DNA of 60,881 nt, the filler included, from Sphacelaria rigidula (taxonomy: Eukaryota), in assembly GCA_964200075.2 (NCBI GenBank). It is 8 parts of 8 records of this genome, joined end to end, with 100 filler letters (N's around TTAATTAATTAA, not from the genome) between each part and the next. Parts side by side here need not be neighbours in the genome. Positions count along the whole stretch, not along the records: positions 1 to 7,523 come from CAXNAA020014519.1; positions 7,624 to 15,146 come from CAXNAA020014520.1; 6 more parts are not named here. One strand, 5' to 3'. The position numbers and the translations under genes are program-made. Positions 1 to 12,524 of this stretch are shown here, in pieces. The notes under the pieces were generated by a model that saw nothing but the letters and a program-made list of their open reading frames with translations, did not search any database and was not told the DNA's origin. Position 1 is the first letter of the stretch. Every line of letters starts with the position of its first letter.

Positions 1-210
1 TTTTGTTGGGTTCGGAGGGTTGTGTGTCGGGGGGGGGGGGTGGGGGGGGAGGGGGTGGGGAGTATGGCGGCATCACTCATCGTCTGATTGTATATCTTCC
101 GTATTTTTTTCTCATTTGTTTCCGCGTCTTTACTTCTCGCCATCTCGTCTTGGACAGATGTGTCCGACTACTGTTCGCGTTTTTGTTCCGAGTTAGCCTC
201 TGCTCTGCAG

Positions 211-1110
211 ACAACAAGATGAACACCGAGAACTTGGGCATCGTCTTCGCTCCCAACCTCTTGAGGGCACCGAACGCCACGGAAATCAGCGTCATGGATC
301 TCCAGGTGAAATTGCGTTACATCACGCCCTACCCCCCACCGCGTGGCTCTAACTTGGACACCAACGGCCACTTAGCGCTAAATGTCGTGGATTTGAATAG
401 TGACATGTGGAAGTATTGTGGGGCACAGTCGGGTTTCCACGGTTGAAGGCGTGAGCAGGAAATTACCGAAGAAATTCCAAGGTTGTGCTCTGCAGGGTAC
501 AGTGTACCCGCGAGTAGGTTTCTGGCTGGCATACTAAACCATACCGAAATGTGTGTCGAACATTCCAGTATGGTCTGGCAGGGTATCGACCTCTGTTCCC
601 AACACTCCAGTATGGTTTCGAAGGACATTGACCGATAAAACGCCTCTTCTATACTATTAATAGTGTAAATACTTGAATATCAGCCGGTATGTCCTGCAGG
701 ACACAGCCTTGGTCAACTCGACGAGAGTTTACGGGGGCGCGGGAGGGTGCTGATGTGATTCTCGGTAACATAATTTGACGTGGGTACCGGAGGGAGAGGG
801 GAATTGATCCGTAGAGACTACGGATTCGTCCCGTGGAAGGAAAAGAAGATCGAAAGTATTTCTAGAAAGAACAAGAGGAAGAAGGAAACATGGAAAAAAA
901 AAGCACCGCGATAGCATTACCCGTCATAGGACTTCCGCCGTTCCCCCTCTCGTCCGTCACCTGCTTCGTCGGGACACATTCCAAACCTCGCGCGACGGTA
1001 TTCCTTGTCAACAGGCTTGCATCAATGTCGTAAGAAGGATGATCGAGAGCGCCACGGAAATCTTCCCGGATCTGTGGCAAGGTTATCCCGCCGCGTCGAG
1101 TGAAGGTTGA
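211..1110 (+). CDS. Rho GTPase-activating protein (RhoGAP domain), last two coding exons: 211-305 and 1015-1110
   Basis: Exon 211-305 (ctgcag|...CAG|gtgaaa) encodes NKMNTENLGIVFAPNLLR, the RhoGAP NKMxxxNLxIVFxPNLL motif. Exon 1015-1110 (caacag|) continues in phase 0 as ACINVVRRMIESATEIFPDLWQGYPAASSEG*, matching the final RhoGAP helix. Confidence 0.9.
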
Positions 1111-1162
1111 CAGGTGCGGGGGGGACCCAAGGAGAAGACTTGGCAACAAAGCTTTTCTTCTG

Positions 1163-1173
1163 GCTCTCTCTGG

Positions 1174-1208
<35 letters not shown>

Positions 1209-1270
1209 ATTCATCGCGGTCGTTGCCGCGGTCCACCTTGACGCTCCCGCTAGTAGTCTCTCTCTCTCTG
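1163..1270. repeat. (CT)n microsatellite tracts downstream of the RhoGAP stop
   Basis: Visible ctctct runs. Confidence 0.9.
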
Positions 1271-4008
1271 TTTCTTTGCCCCCGGCCCTTCCCTGTGTTT
1301 TGGTAGACACCTTGTGTGTGTGTGCCTGTGTATGTGCGTGCGTGCGTGTGTGTCGAGTGTTAGTTGAGGGTCTCTGCCCTTCAGGTTATCTCTCTGGTTC
1401 TGGTGTAAGAACAAATGAAATGGACAGTCGTCAGCTCCCCAGGCACATGTAGTCTCGAGTTCCCCGCTTCCTCCGCTCCCCCCTTGTCCCCTCCCCCCCC
1501 CCCCACCCCTCCTCGTCCACCCCCACGCGCGGGGGGCTGCCTGAGCCGGCAGTGCTCGCATCCTTAGAATACTGCCCCCCGCCCACCGAGTCGAAGTCAG
1601 CGATATACGTTCGAGCTTTGATCGCAACCCGGAATTAGGTACCGATCGAAGCTCGAACTCGAATCCAGAGCGGGTCAGCCGTGTCTTGTATGTCCACCGG
1701 TGCTCGCTGCTGTTATTGTTGCTGCTGTTGTTGTTGGTGGTGCCGTTGGTGTTGCTGCTGTTTGTCGTGTCGAGAGATGGATATAATACTTGGGCCGTCG
1801 AGCCGTGAAGTTTACCATCTGTGGTTTCTCTGGTCGGGCCGAGGATAGCTTGTTTGATGTACTTTGCTGCATGATTCCCTCGCATACCCTGTGTTGAAGA
1901 ATATTGTAGATGCGCAATAATGCTGAACTCAAGGCTGTGTCTGTGTCTCTGCCTCTCTCTTGCGCGATCGCGCCGCTCTGGTTCGATGCCAACACGTGTA
2001 TGTGCAGAGATTACCCCGAACGGAACGAGCTATCGGAAGTTTTTAGAATATTCTTTCGGGGCTCTGGAAGTGCCTTGCCGTTGGGGGCTGTTGTTTGTAC
2101 CTCCTACACCGCGCATTTATCGTTTGGTTGGATAAGCGGGAGGACGCCGTTTTTTCATGCATGAAATATAAAGAAGTGGCAACCACTGTGGGCTCTCTCA
2201 CATGTGCGCCGTCTCCAGGGTTTTGAAGAGTCCATCGGGGTCCATCCCTCAAGTTACACACGTTAGAAACGCCGTAGGCTTGTGAGATTGTCTTCATCGT
2301 GCTGTGGTTATCTCGTGCATTAGTCAAGATCATTTTCAAGTTTTGTGGGGTTGGGGCGTAGAGATGGGCATCGGGGTACTGAGGAGACGTTGGGCTGGGC
2401 GTTGAAAGATTTGCGGATAGGTGAGGGGGGGTGGGGGGGGTGGTCGGGATGGGGGGAGCATCATACAAATTTTTGTCGTTGTGTTATTCTCTCGATATTT
2501 TTGTTTTGTTTTGTGTTGTTGTTTCGGGGCGTCACGTTTGTGTAGTAGTAGTAAACGTTTCCTGCGTTTGTAGCGCAGATGTTTTCTGTTGTCTCCGACT
2601 GTACTGTGTATGCTGTTTCCGTGATGCGTGTTTTTTTTTTTTTTTCTTGTCTCATGGGGCGACCACGAGCAGTCTCTTGTTTTCTAATTTTGGAGAGGGA
2701 AGTTGGTTACATGCACCGCTTCATGATGAGATATACAAAATAGTATTTATTTTGTAGAAGGGCGTGAATTTGCTACCCACGAGTGTATGTGGTTGTGGGC
2801 GAGACGTTCTCCATTTGGTTTACCTGTAAGTTTTCTCCGTCGGGGAGGGAGGAAAGTGACGGTCTGAAAGACGCGAGGGGTACCATTTCCACGACGATAG
2901 GGCGCTATTTCTCGCCAGTGCTTCACCCTGTCGTGTCGTGTTCACTTGTTGACGAATCAATGGAGAAATGGCAGAGAGATGAAAAAAATGTGCCCGTGGG
3001 TTCCCGATTGACCGAAGATGACGCCGTGTACATGGTTGACGTCACCTGTCGACCGAGGAGCTTCAGCCAATTAGATCCCCCCGGCATGTTTTTTTTTTTT
3101 TGGCCAAAAGAAAAACTGCGTTTTTGTTTTTTATTTTTTCTCTCTCCGTACTGTGAATTGCGTGGTGGACAATACTTTCTTGGGTGTACACCCATGGTGG
3201 AGAGTACGATGTCAGTCTCGATGCAGGAAGAGAAGCGCGGCGGTAGCCGCGCGTAGGTGGCATGTACTTTTTCTGTCATTTATCTCTTTCTCCGCTGCTT
3301 CTTGTGGCAGCTTAATAACAAAATCATGGGTAAATTGGTGGGGTTTCGTTAATTGCTGCGGTCAATCCTGTCGTCGTCTCAAGGGCGCCGTGAGCTTGAC
3401 GATCATGATCGCAAAGCCCAGAAGCCCCCAGGTGGATGCCCATCTGGTCGCGCTTAAACGATGTTCAATTTATTTTGTATGGGATTGCATGGCTCTTTAG
3501 GTTCGAATCTGTGCTTTGTCCCCACTCGTGATCGCACTCTTGGATCGTCGAGTTCGTCGGCGCTCAATCACTCGCGAAACTAATTTACCCCCTGCTCGTT
3601 GAGAGTTGACATGCGTGACTGAACCATGACACTAGTTGTGACTGAGTATCGGTCGGCCGTGCAGGTACTTTCCGGTGCTCCATCTTCTACGCTTCACCAA
3701 CGGGGACTGTAGTTGAATTTCCGAGAGCCTGAGGGAAAGGGGAGGGAGTATGCTACGCTTTTTGTCATTATCCGCCTCAACACCTGTACTACTAAATGTT
3801 TCCACGGAAGAAACCTCGTGGATAGGCTCGTGGATACGCTCGACCGCCGTTTTCGGCGTCCGACTTGTTTCCTAGCATAACGTTGTCGAAGCATGACAGA
3901 CAAATTCCTTTGCCAACTGGGTACAGGTTCAGCTAAGTGCTTGATCGACCATTAGCAGGCTGCCATGCTTGATTCACTTACTAAAAAAACGCGACTGTGG
4001 ATGACAGA

Positions 4009-4248
4009 GGCCCCAATTCGGAAAATGGCTGCACCACCGCCCCCAGGCCGCAAAAAACTCGTTCTGGGGTTGGAGGAGCGGGGGGGGTGTACCCGATTTT
4101 GGGGGGGGGGGGGGTGCCCTCGGATCGCTGGATGATGGCGATGGTAGTTTCTGCACTGCACCGCACGTGTATTCATCTCACGTTAATTACATTTAATTAC
4201 TTAAAAGTTGGTATGGCGGTGGTGCAGCCATTTCCGGATATGGGCCCC
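4009..4248. mobile_element. Candidate MITE of about 240 bp with about 30-bp terminal inverted repeats
   Basis: ggccccaattcggaaaatggctgcaccaccgc (about 4009-4040) is inverted at gcggtggtgcagccatttccggatatgggcccc (about 4216-4248). Confidence 0.6.
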
Positions 4249-4731
4249 CGTCGGATGGAAGGGGAGTGTACTCATGATCTTGCATGCCATAACCATGAGA
4301 TCATTGACCTGTTGGAGGGGGACGGGGTCCCTAGAAGATAATTCGACGGGCCGAACTCGCTTGGTCTTCTTGGGTCTCACCCAAATTACACTTACAGTAC
4401 TGTACCTGTACTCGAAAATATATGTGGTTCAAGGAAGTTGTCACGGAACAGTATTACCCCGGGTTCTCGTTTTTTTTGCATTCAGTTACACAGCAGATTA
4501 CCCCGGTTCGGCTCGCTTCCTCTCGTGGACCCCAATACAGGGGATCAATCAACGGGCTCAACTACAAAACGCGCGCATGATCATGTCTAGCTCACACCGT
4601 TACTATAGACATAACAACATGGCACGACGGGCGAGAACGTATGGGTGAACATCAGCAACATCGAGCGGAACGCACGGACGCGGAAGTGAGCACCGATCGC
4701 TTCTCAGCCATGCATGGATGGAGATTAGGCC

Positions 4732-5731
4732 CTAGGCGGCGAGAGGCCATCTGTGGAATCGGCATCAATTTCTCTTGCAAAAAGTATGCATAATGCTGAT
4801 GGGCAACGCTCGACAAGGGTCAACTTCACTTGCAATTGCGTCCATATACTTACTGTATGTCACTTTTAGCTCGTGCTCGCCTGACCTTCGAACAAATGCG
4901 AGCTCGTCTCTCTGACCTGGATGGTTTAATTGATTTTGAATGATGGTCGCACAATAAGAGCGGTCTCCATCTTTTGTGAGTTCAATAATGATGGTTCATG
5001 CGTTCGACCTCGTAGTTCTGTTGTGTGTCGTGTGATATATTCTTTCATGAAAGGCGCGTGCCCCCAGCTATTATTATTGCTGGTACTATCACAATTAATC
5101 GCTGATGTTAATTGTACCATTTAGCCACTGTGCACTGGTCGCGTACATAATAACCGACGCTTCTTGTACACGCCAGAAACTAATAATATCGTTCATAATT
5201 TTTACTCCCCCTACCCATCGGGGCGAATCCGTGGCCGTCTCAAGAGATGAGCACATACATCTCGCCCCCAGAATATACTACTTGATTCTGCACGTGATAT
5301 CGCGGATTAGGAAAGCACTCCGCACCGCATCGAAATTCTTTCCCCTCAATTTTTTTATGGCTTTCTCGAGTTTTCTGTCCTCTAGCAATGCCGCCGTCAC
5401 AATTTTTCTTTGGGTACGCCTATCTTGTGTCGTGGCCAGCACCCCATGTCTAATACGTTGCACGTTGTGAGGGTGACGTACATTCCCTGATAATCCACTC
5501 GCACGGGCACACAACAACAGGATCGGCCGGTGGGACGGACCGAGTCAGAGGGTGTCCACCTAGACAAAACAAACGAGCATCATTACAGCTGATCACCGTA
5601 AGAATGACGCATAACCAGACGTGGTACTTTCGGAATAATCTTGTGGTCGACGCCTCGATTCTATATCCCAAACCATTCGACCTTGGCCTACATTCCACAC
5701 CATAACCTTGTGGACGCCAGGATGAGGGGAC
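4732..5731 (-). CDS. Unknown small protein, 3' part: exons 5616-5731, 5326-5423, 5118-5179, 4854-4916, 4732-4750
   Basis: Five AG/GT-bounded segments with mutually compatible phases splice into a stop-free frame: SPHPGVHKVMVWNVGQGRMVWDIESRRRPQDYSESTTSDRRTQRKIVTAALLEDRKLEKAIKKLRGKNFDAFLACTRSVGYYVRDQCTVAKWSERRARICSKVRRARAKSDIQWPLAA*. The 5' exons are unresolved and no homology was recognised. Confidence 0.45.
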
Positions 5732-6217
5732 CTTGTATGTTCGTACACAATATATCCCCGTCAACCATCATTGTGTACAAACATTTCTTTGGGTCTACCG
5801 GAGGGCCAGGATAGGTCAGTCATCTATTGAATCGGAATCAATGTCACCCCAAGAAAGATTTGATTTTTCCAGATGAGACTTGCTGTCACTGTCAAACGGT
5901 CGAATCTGTCCGCGTTTTGGCCTCCGCCTCCGCGCCCACACATGCGAACGCATACCTTTAGTACTGCTATTTCAGCTGTAGGAATAGTCTTGTGGCCGAC
6001 ACATCGATCCTGAATATCCCGAAACGACCGGAACTTCGTACAAATTGAAATCTGCGGCCTCCAGCCCTCACCAACCCCTCACACCCCAACGCATCCAGGG
6101 ACATCATCGCCAGCTTCAACTGTATAGTAGGCCAGTTCTCTCCGCGACACACGCTAAAGCAGCAACGCTGCATCGAATCTCCGACTACCTACCTGTTCGT
6201 GCTGAGACAACAACAAC

Positions 6218-6282
6218 ATGGTTGCGAGCAAGATCATCTTGGTGGCGTGCCTGTTAGCGAGCGGCTGTGCATCCGTCGCTCG
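6218..6282 (+). CDS. Probable first coding exon of a secreted/ER-targeted protein (signal peptide)
   Basis: caacaacaacATG context, MVASKIILVACLLASGCASVA(R) with a hydrophobic core, followed by a strong donor CG|gtgagc. Confidence 0.55.
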
Positions 6283-6650
6283 GTGAGCAAGACAAGAAGA
6301 ACAAGTTTTTTCGGAATCGTTTTCCCGCCCTTTCCAGCGCTTGAAGCAGTCTCTCGTCACCGCAACGCGTCTCTATGTAAAGCAGTCGGTTGACTCTTCT
6401 TGCCTTCCACAACCAGTTGCCCCCCCCACCCCCTTTCCTGAGCAGTGGAGGAATTTCTTGGCGCTCGGTCCTAAATGTTTACCGCATACGAAGCCCGGCT
6501 CTCGACTGCTGCTCCTATACCCATGACTGTAGCACTGATTGTACGCGTAGTATCGAAAAAAGGAAGTAGCAGTGAATAGCTTCATGCATCGGCGAAATTT
6601 CGTGAATCCACTCATATAGACGTATCTTTCACAGTATAAGGCCAATCTAA

Positions 6651-7109
6651 TGGGAGCCGTTCAAAATTCCTGTTGAAATTGCCTTTCGGGCCCTTCTCCG
6701 TCGATTCACGCCCGAAAAGAGGGCTAGGCAGACAGACGTTGACGCCTTGGGATGACTTGCTCTACTCGTCTAGACCGTTCCAGGGCAACTTTGCTTTATA
6801 GCAAAAAATTCCCGCTGGCCCGGCTGGCCGCAGTCTTGTTTTTTGGCCAAACCAAGCCAAACACGGATTTAGGTAAAAAATGGTCAGATGATCAAAATTC
6901 CCCCTGTTTATTGATCGCTTGTCAATTGACCGTTTTTTATTGAAAATCCGTGTTCGGCCGAAAATATAAGTGCAGCCAGCGGGAAATGCAAAGTTTCCCT
7001 GGAACGGTCTCAATGAGTCGAGCAAGTCATTCCAAGGCGTCAATATCCGCCTAGCCCTCTTGTCAGGCGTAAGCCGACGGAGAAGGGCCAAATTCCTGAA
7101 CAGCTCCTA
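6651..7109. mobile_element. MITE of about 460 bp with long (about 110-140 bp) terminal inverted repeats
   Basis: ggagccgttca...ggcccttctccgtcg...gacgccttgggatgacttgct...agaccgttccagggcaactttgc is mirrored by gcaaagtttccctggaacggtct...agcaagtcattccaaggcgtc...cgacggagaagggcc...tgaacagctcc. Confidence 0.85.
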
Positions 7110-7523
7110 CTAAAGACGTTTAAATACTCAATTCAGGTTGACGCGCAAAGACCACGGGCTGGATTGTTGCAAACAGCGAAGTAAGGTGAGATAATCAATC
7201 AAATCAGTAAGCGCATGGCCCAAGTAGTAAGTTGCTTCGTTGTGCAGCTTGTTTGCAATTTCATGAACAGAAGGCTATACAATGCAGGCCAGGCTCTCAG
7301 CGGTCTTCATCTCTCACGCACGCACACCACACAACAAACAAAGGCCATCGTATTTTTTTGAATGGGCGCATGTCTGTGAAAGACCGGGGCGGCATAAAAA
7401 CAGGACCGGCCCGCTCGTGAGAAATGTCTTCGGGCCTTTATTATCGACAAATAAAAAAATGCACGGTTAGGACAAATCATCACGACTCAAAATCACCAAA
7501 TTCACGATTACTTCTGCCTGATT

Positions 7524-7623
7524 NNNNNNNNNNNNNNNNNNNNNNNNNNNNNNNNNNNNNNNNNNNNTTAATTAATTAANNNNNNNNNNNNNNNNNNNNN
7601 NNNNNNNNNNNNNNNNNNNNNNN
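7524..7623. other. Artificial 100-bp contig spacer N44-TTAATTAATTAA-N44; also at 15147-15246, 22770-22869, 30393-30492, 38016-38115, 45638-45737, 53260-53359
   Basis: Seven identical spacers with stop codons in all six frames. The segments between them are 7523 bp (first five) and 7522 bp (last three). Confidence 0.98.
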
Positions 7624-8450
7624 TTTTTTTGGTGTGTGTTTGTGGGGGGGGGGGGGGGGGGGGGGGGAAGGGTTGATCGTTTTTTTTTTTTCTTGTCTTC
7701 GCCATTGTTTTGGTCACGTGTGGTATACGGTTTTGACACCTGGTGTTCGGTGTTGGTGTTGGTGTCAGTGGTAGTGCTGCCGCCGCCGCCGCCGCCGCTG
7801 CCTCTGCCTCTGCGTGTGGTTGTTGTTCGAGCGTGTTTCCGACGCTGGCAGTTGACTTCGTTTTTGTTGGTAGTCTGTGGGGTTATTTGATGGTATTTCA
7901 CGAGTGTGTGGTATTTTCGTGCACCTACCTACTGTAGGCCAAGGTTTGCATCCATGTTTCTTCCATCATATCTGATCGCCTTCCCTGCGCGCGCGAAAGA
8001 GGGCGGTGTGACGTGCTCCGAGCCTTGTCAAGAATGAACGTCGTTCGTTCCACCGGGCGACACCTCTCACCCCCTACATGCCATCTTGCGTGGCCAGCCA
8101 CGAAGATTGGAACTATGTGTCCGCATGTAGCAATTTAAAAATGCCCGCAGCATGCGCACTTGTCAATGTATTTTCCCTCATCGCCCCCCGCGTTGATTGA
8201 ACAGAGAGAAAACCCAGTAGTCAGCTAATATGAGCTCGAGTTGCAACAGCTTGTCGTGAGGGTGGGTGTAAGCAGCCACATGCGCATATCAACCAGCGTC
8301 GGCGTAGAACTTGAGAAGCAGGCACATATATCAGGTGAGAGAGTCTTCATCTTACTGCCACAATCCTACTGAAGACCGCTCCCTCCCTCTCTGTCTCGCC
8401 GCTGCCCTTCACGTGCTTCCGCTCTCAACCATCTTGAAAAAAACGTGCAG

Positions 8451-10979
8451 CCTATCCGCTGGGACCTCTCCACTACCGCTTCCTCACGAGGAACTTCCGC
8501 CCGCCGATGTAGCTCTGGCCTTCGGCGAATCCAACTCCCACCCCGGGCCGCACTTTGACCCATCCGATCCGCACGCTGCGGCGATTATGGCGGTTACTTC
8601 GGCGGCAACCGCGGCGGCAGCGGCCGCCGCCGCCGCCGCCGCTGCAGGCGGTGTGCCGATGCAGGCGAGCCACTACGGCGGTCTATGGGGGGGCGTTGGA
8701 GGCATGAACGGTATGAATGGCAGCAGCGCTATGCACACGGCGGGTGCGGGGGGTATCTTGACCAGCACGCCCGGCTACGTTTTGGCACATTCCCAAGCCC
8801 CTCCCGCCGCCGCGTCGATCGCGCCCGTTTCAGCGCACATCCCCAGCCCATACCCTGGTTCGTATTCGCAGCAGTACCACCAACCAGCGATTCTCACGTC
8901 GGGTCCGGTTCCCGCCGCTCCTGCGCCCGGCGATGTGCCCGTGTCGCAGGATTTTCCCCCACCACACGCGCAGGTATCTCATGCCATGCCGCCGGGACCG
9001 CGCGCCTTCATGTCTAGCACCGCACCGCATGCTCAGCTACCCGCGCTTCCGGGAATTGACCTGAACCGAGCAGGCAATGGTGGCGGTGCCGGCGGCGGTG
9101 TTCCTGCCCCAGAGGGAGATTCTCCCGGGAGACACACGAGTCGGCATCACTTTGGGCAGGCGCCCGATTTTGGAGGTGAAGCGGACGCGCCGGAGGGGGC
9201 TATGGCGCCGCCAACCAGTGCAACCAGTGTCGTCACGACTACGGCGTTTGACCTGGGCGTTCCTACGTCTGGGCCGGCGCCGGCATCCGCCGCACCAATG
9301 CAGAATACAGAAGTGATGTTTAGCGCTTCTGCCCCCGCCGCAGCGTCGCCAGCGGTAACGACCATGTCGGCATTTGCGGCTCCCGATTCCGTCTCCTCAA
9401 CTTTCCCCGTGCAGCAGATGCCGAACATGTCGTGGACCTCGGCACCTATGCACTCGACGACGCTCGCGACGGCCTCCGCTGATGGTCCCGCCCTGGTAGT
9501 CCAGGGCACACCTCCGGTAATACCTGTGGTGCCGCCAATCACCACACAAGAGTTCACGCCGTCTCTCCTGACAGTGTTACCGATTCCTACTCCCACAGCC
9601 GACAGCGCCGCTCCCGCTGCTCCCGCTGCTCCCCCCGCTCTCGCTGTTGCTGAGGATGAGGGTGAGGACCAGGTGAATGCCGACGTTGCGGACACGTCGC
9701 AGGCAACAGTGCTCGTCGCGGCGCCGTCGGCGGCGTTCGGTCCCCGTCCTAGTACCACGTGGAGCCCCGCGATGCTGCAGGGGATGACAGCACCGATGCC
9801 TGCGTCGGCGGATGTGCTTGCGTCCGCGAATTCGGTCACGGCGGCCGCCGCCGCGCTGCCAGCAGCAGTAGAGCTACCGGCAGTGACACAGACGGGAGAG
9901 TCAAGAGTGACGGCGGGAGCTGAGAGCACGCAGAGGTCGGATGGTACGGTTTCTGCATGCACATCGCTTTCGTGCTCTGCAATTGTGAGTGCGCTGCGGA
10001 AGGATTGTGGAGTGGGTTAGGTGGTGCGTTTAGGGGTCGGTTGTCCGGGCTTTTTGGGTTGTTCGGGATATTCGGGATGTTCCGTGAGGATGGTCTGAGG
10101 TAATCGGTACGATTAGGAAGTAGGCAAAAAATTGATGCGCCGCCTTGACATGTCATTTATTTTGGTTTTGGTTTTTGCTCTTGTTTTTTTTTCTGTTTGT
10201 GTTCTGGTACTATTCGTGATAGCCGAGTACGTACGATGCTCATGGCGGGAGAATTATTGCCGAGGCGAGGAAAAGGCTTCGATAGTCCCCTTGTGCGTGC
10301 TGCCCAAATGTTTTCTTCTTCACGAGCAAAGCCCTTTCTATCTGTGTCCATGTCTCGCGGTCTACACGTCCGATGCTGACCATTTTATAGGCGACCTCCG
10401 GAACTCCCGAGCCTGGTGGGGGTTCTACCCGCTGCCTCACGCACCGCGAAGAGGGCATGGACCGTTTGGCGAATGAGGATACCAACTGGAACGATGATGT
10501 GGTGAGGGGTGTATGCACAAGTGGCGCGGAAAACGCTCGTCCCGTGGTTTCTAATGTACATTTTTTCACGTGTTCCCGTGCGCTTTTGTGGTTATTCCTA
10601 GTACCGTACACGCCTATAGTGTGCGCGCGATGAAAAAATGTGGAAATAGCTGGGAGCAGGAAGTGCCCTGTACGTTCAGCGTGACAAATCAAAAGAAATA
10701 TGGTAGGCACGGGCGAAAACAGGTGAAAATGTATGTATATCCATACAGTCACCAGCACGAGAAAACATGTTGTCTGCACGTATGCCTAGGTCGTACCTAC
10801 GTCTTGTATTTATTAATATACATATACATTAATACATACACTGTCACAGCTCATGAACGGCGGGTGTGCGTGTGCGATGGAACGCCGAGGTACCTGGTAC
10901 GTCACAGTTGTACGTTCATTTTTACTTGATATGTTTATTATTCTTCACTTTGTTCTTTCATCTGCGTCGATCATTCTCT

Positions 10980-11010
<31 letters not shown>

Positions 11011-12524
11011 CCTCATGTTTTTTTTGTTTTCCGTAGGGGACCAAGCGCAAGGGCGTACCGACCAACGGCACAGCAGTAGATGCAGCTGCCTGTGACCAAG
11101 AAGGAACCGAGGAGCCTCCAGACGGTGTCAGCCCCAAGCGAACGAAAACGGTGAGCATCCATGCCCTTTAGACTTACTTGGTTTGGCGAACGTTTTCTTG
11201 TTTGTTTGTTTTCCGTGAGGAAAGGAGGAAACGTGACCCAACACTTACCCCCACAAGCGGGTTCGTGTAATGATAACCCGAAGGCTCAGCTAGACAGCCT
11301 CGCGGTAGTCATGTGTGGTTAGGCACGTCGAGCGTTCGCAAGCTTTGCTCAAGGTAGTGTGGGGGTCCGACCCACTAAAACCCCCGGTCAACTTGGCGCA
11401 GTGCGCGTGCCGCCCTATTTTGAGAGCCTCGGCCCTAGATTGGCGGAAGTTATGGTGAATGTTACTATTTTTTCTTCAATTTCTCTTGTTCCCGTCGACT
11501 TGAGCAGTGTCTTTTTTGCTGAACGAAAAAATCTCCTGTTACGATACCATCCATCTAGGACACTTTGATTGTCGCGCGTGGCCTCGAGCGCGCTTCAACT
11601 TCTTTTTTTCCCTTCTGTTTTTCCCCCTATTTTACAGGGAAGGATTTCAGTAGCAAAAAGTATCTGATCGGCGGTACAGCGAACGGCTGGCAAAATGCCA
11701 TCGAGTCATTCCCTCTCTCCTCGAAAAAGATGAACGCGCTGGATTTTTTCTCGCACCCCGTGCTGTGTCGTTTTCTCTCTGCTCTGCTGGCCACTCTTTA
11801 TACAGCGTATATTTATCTTCCTTTCCCTCTCTCTCCCTCTCCTTGCCTTCTCTTCGGTGGTTTTGGCTGTGCTGTTGTACAGTAGTTGCCGCAGTGCCCC
11901 CCCGGTGGCCTAAATTTAAATGCTACAATGTAAACGCTGTTGAGAGCCAAAGGTCGAGGGTTGGTTCGGATCCCGGCCGACGCATTCCTGTACCTGTTTT
12001 TTTTTCTGACGCAAGTATCTCATGTCTCATCTCATGTGCGTCATTGAAAACGTGAGGGCGGTGGGTTATCTAGGCGAAAACAACATTTGACGACAGTCGA
12101 CGCAGGGCGGCGGAAATGCTGATCCTATCCGCGATCCTGTACCAAAATGTAAGGCGTGTACCGAGAGGGAGATGGATTGATCCCGTAATGATTACGGACT
12201 CGTCCCGAGGACGGGTGGGAGATTGAAGATGTCAGCGGAGCCAGAACGAGAGAAAAATGATGAAGTTGACCATTTTTTTCTTACCCCCCCCCCCCCCCGA
12301 TGATTATGCACCAATGTCGAATGGACCCCTCCTTCCTTCCTTCCTTCCCTCCCTCTTTTTCTCTCGCCGTTGGCGCTCTCCGTTTCCCCATATATCTGTA
12401 CGACACAAAAACAACACTGCAGACGAACGCAAGCGAAGGGATGCTGCTGCTGGCAGGCATGACGACAAGTCCGGCCGCGCCCCGAGACGGTGATGATGAG
12501 GACCACGAGATGGAGGATGTGTAG
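8451..12524 (+). CDS. Ala/Pro-rich low-complexity, probably nuclear protein: exons about 8451-9943, (10223-about 10280), 10391-10501, 11037-11150, 12423-12524
   Basis: A 1.5-kb GC-rich open exon ends GAT G|gtacgg. Downstream phase-0 exons read ATSGTPEPGGGSTRCLTHREEGM..., GTKRK...SPKRTKT (NLS-like) and TNASEGMLLLAGM...EMEDV*, with canonical splice sites. The start codon and the donor of the small exon at 10223 are uncertain. Confidence 0.75.
11895..12280 (+). mobile_element. Dispersed repeat, probable tRNA-derived SINE; related fragments at about 785-840 (+) and about 30330-30387 (-)
   Basis: The head has A/B-box-like ggtggcctaaat...ggttcggatcccggcc. The block gtaccg...gagatggattgatcccgtaatgattacggactcgtcccgagga recurs with divergence in two other contigs. 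Confidence 0.6.

Noticed and set aside
1609..1658. 16-bp stem hairpin gttcgagctttgatcg / cgatcgaagctcgaac downstream of RhoGAP
   Set aside because: It is too short and isolated to support a miRNA or element call.
2783..3256. 157-aa ORF, possible exon MVESTMSVSMQEEKRGGSR
   Set aside because: There is no recognisable domain or consistent exon chain.
6218..9943. Splicing the signal-peptide exon to the 8451 exon
   Set aside because: It crosses a contig spacer, and the downstream protein looks nuclear.
9147..9962. 271-aa antisense ORF (and similar antisense ORFs at 41.7-44.5 kb)
   Set aside because: These are shadow ORFs of GC-rich sense exons.
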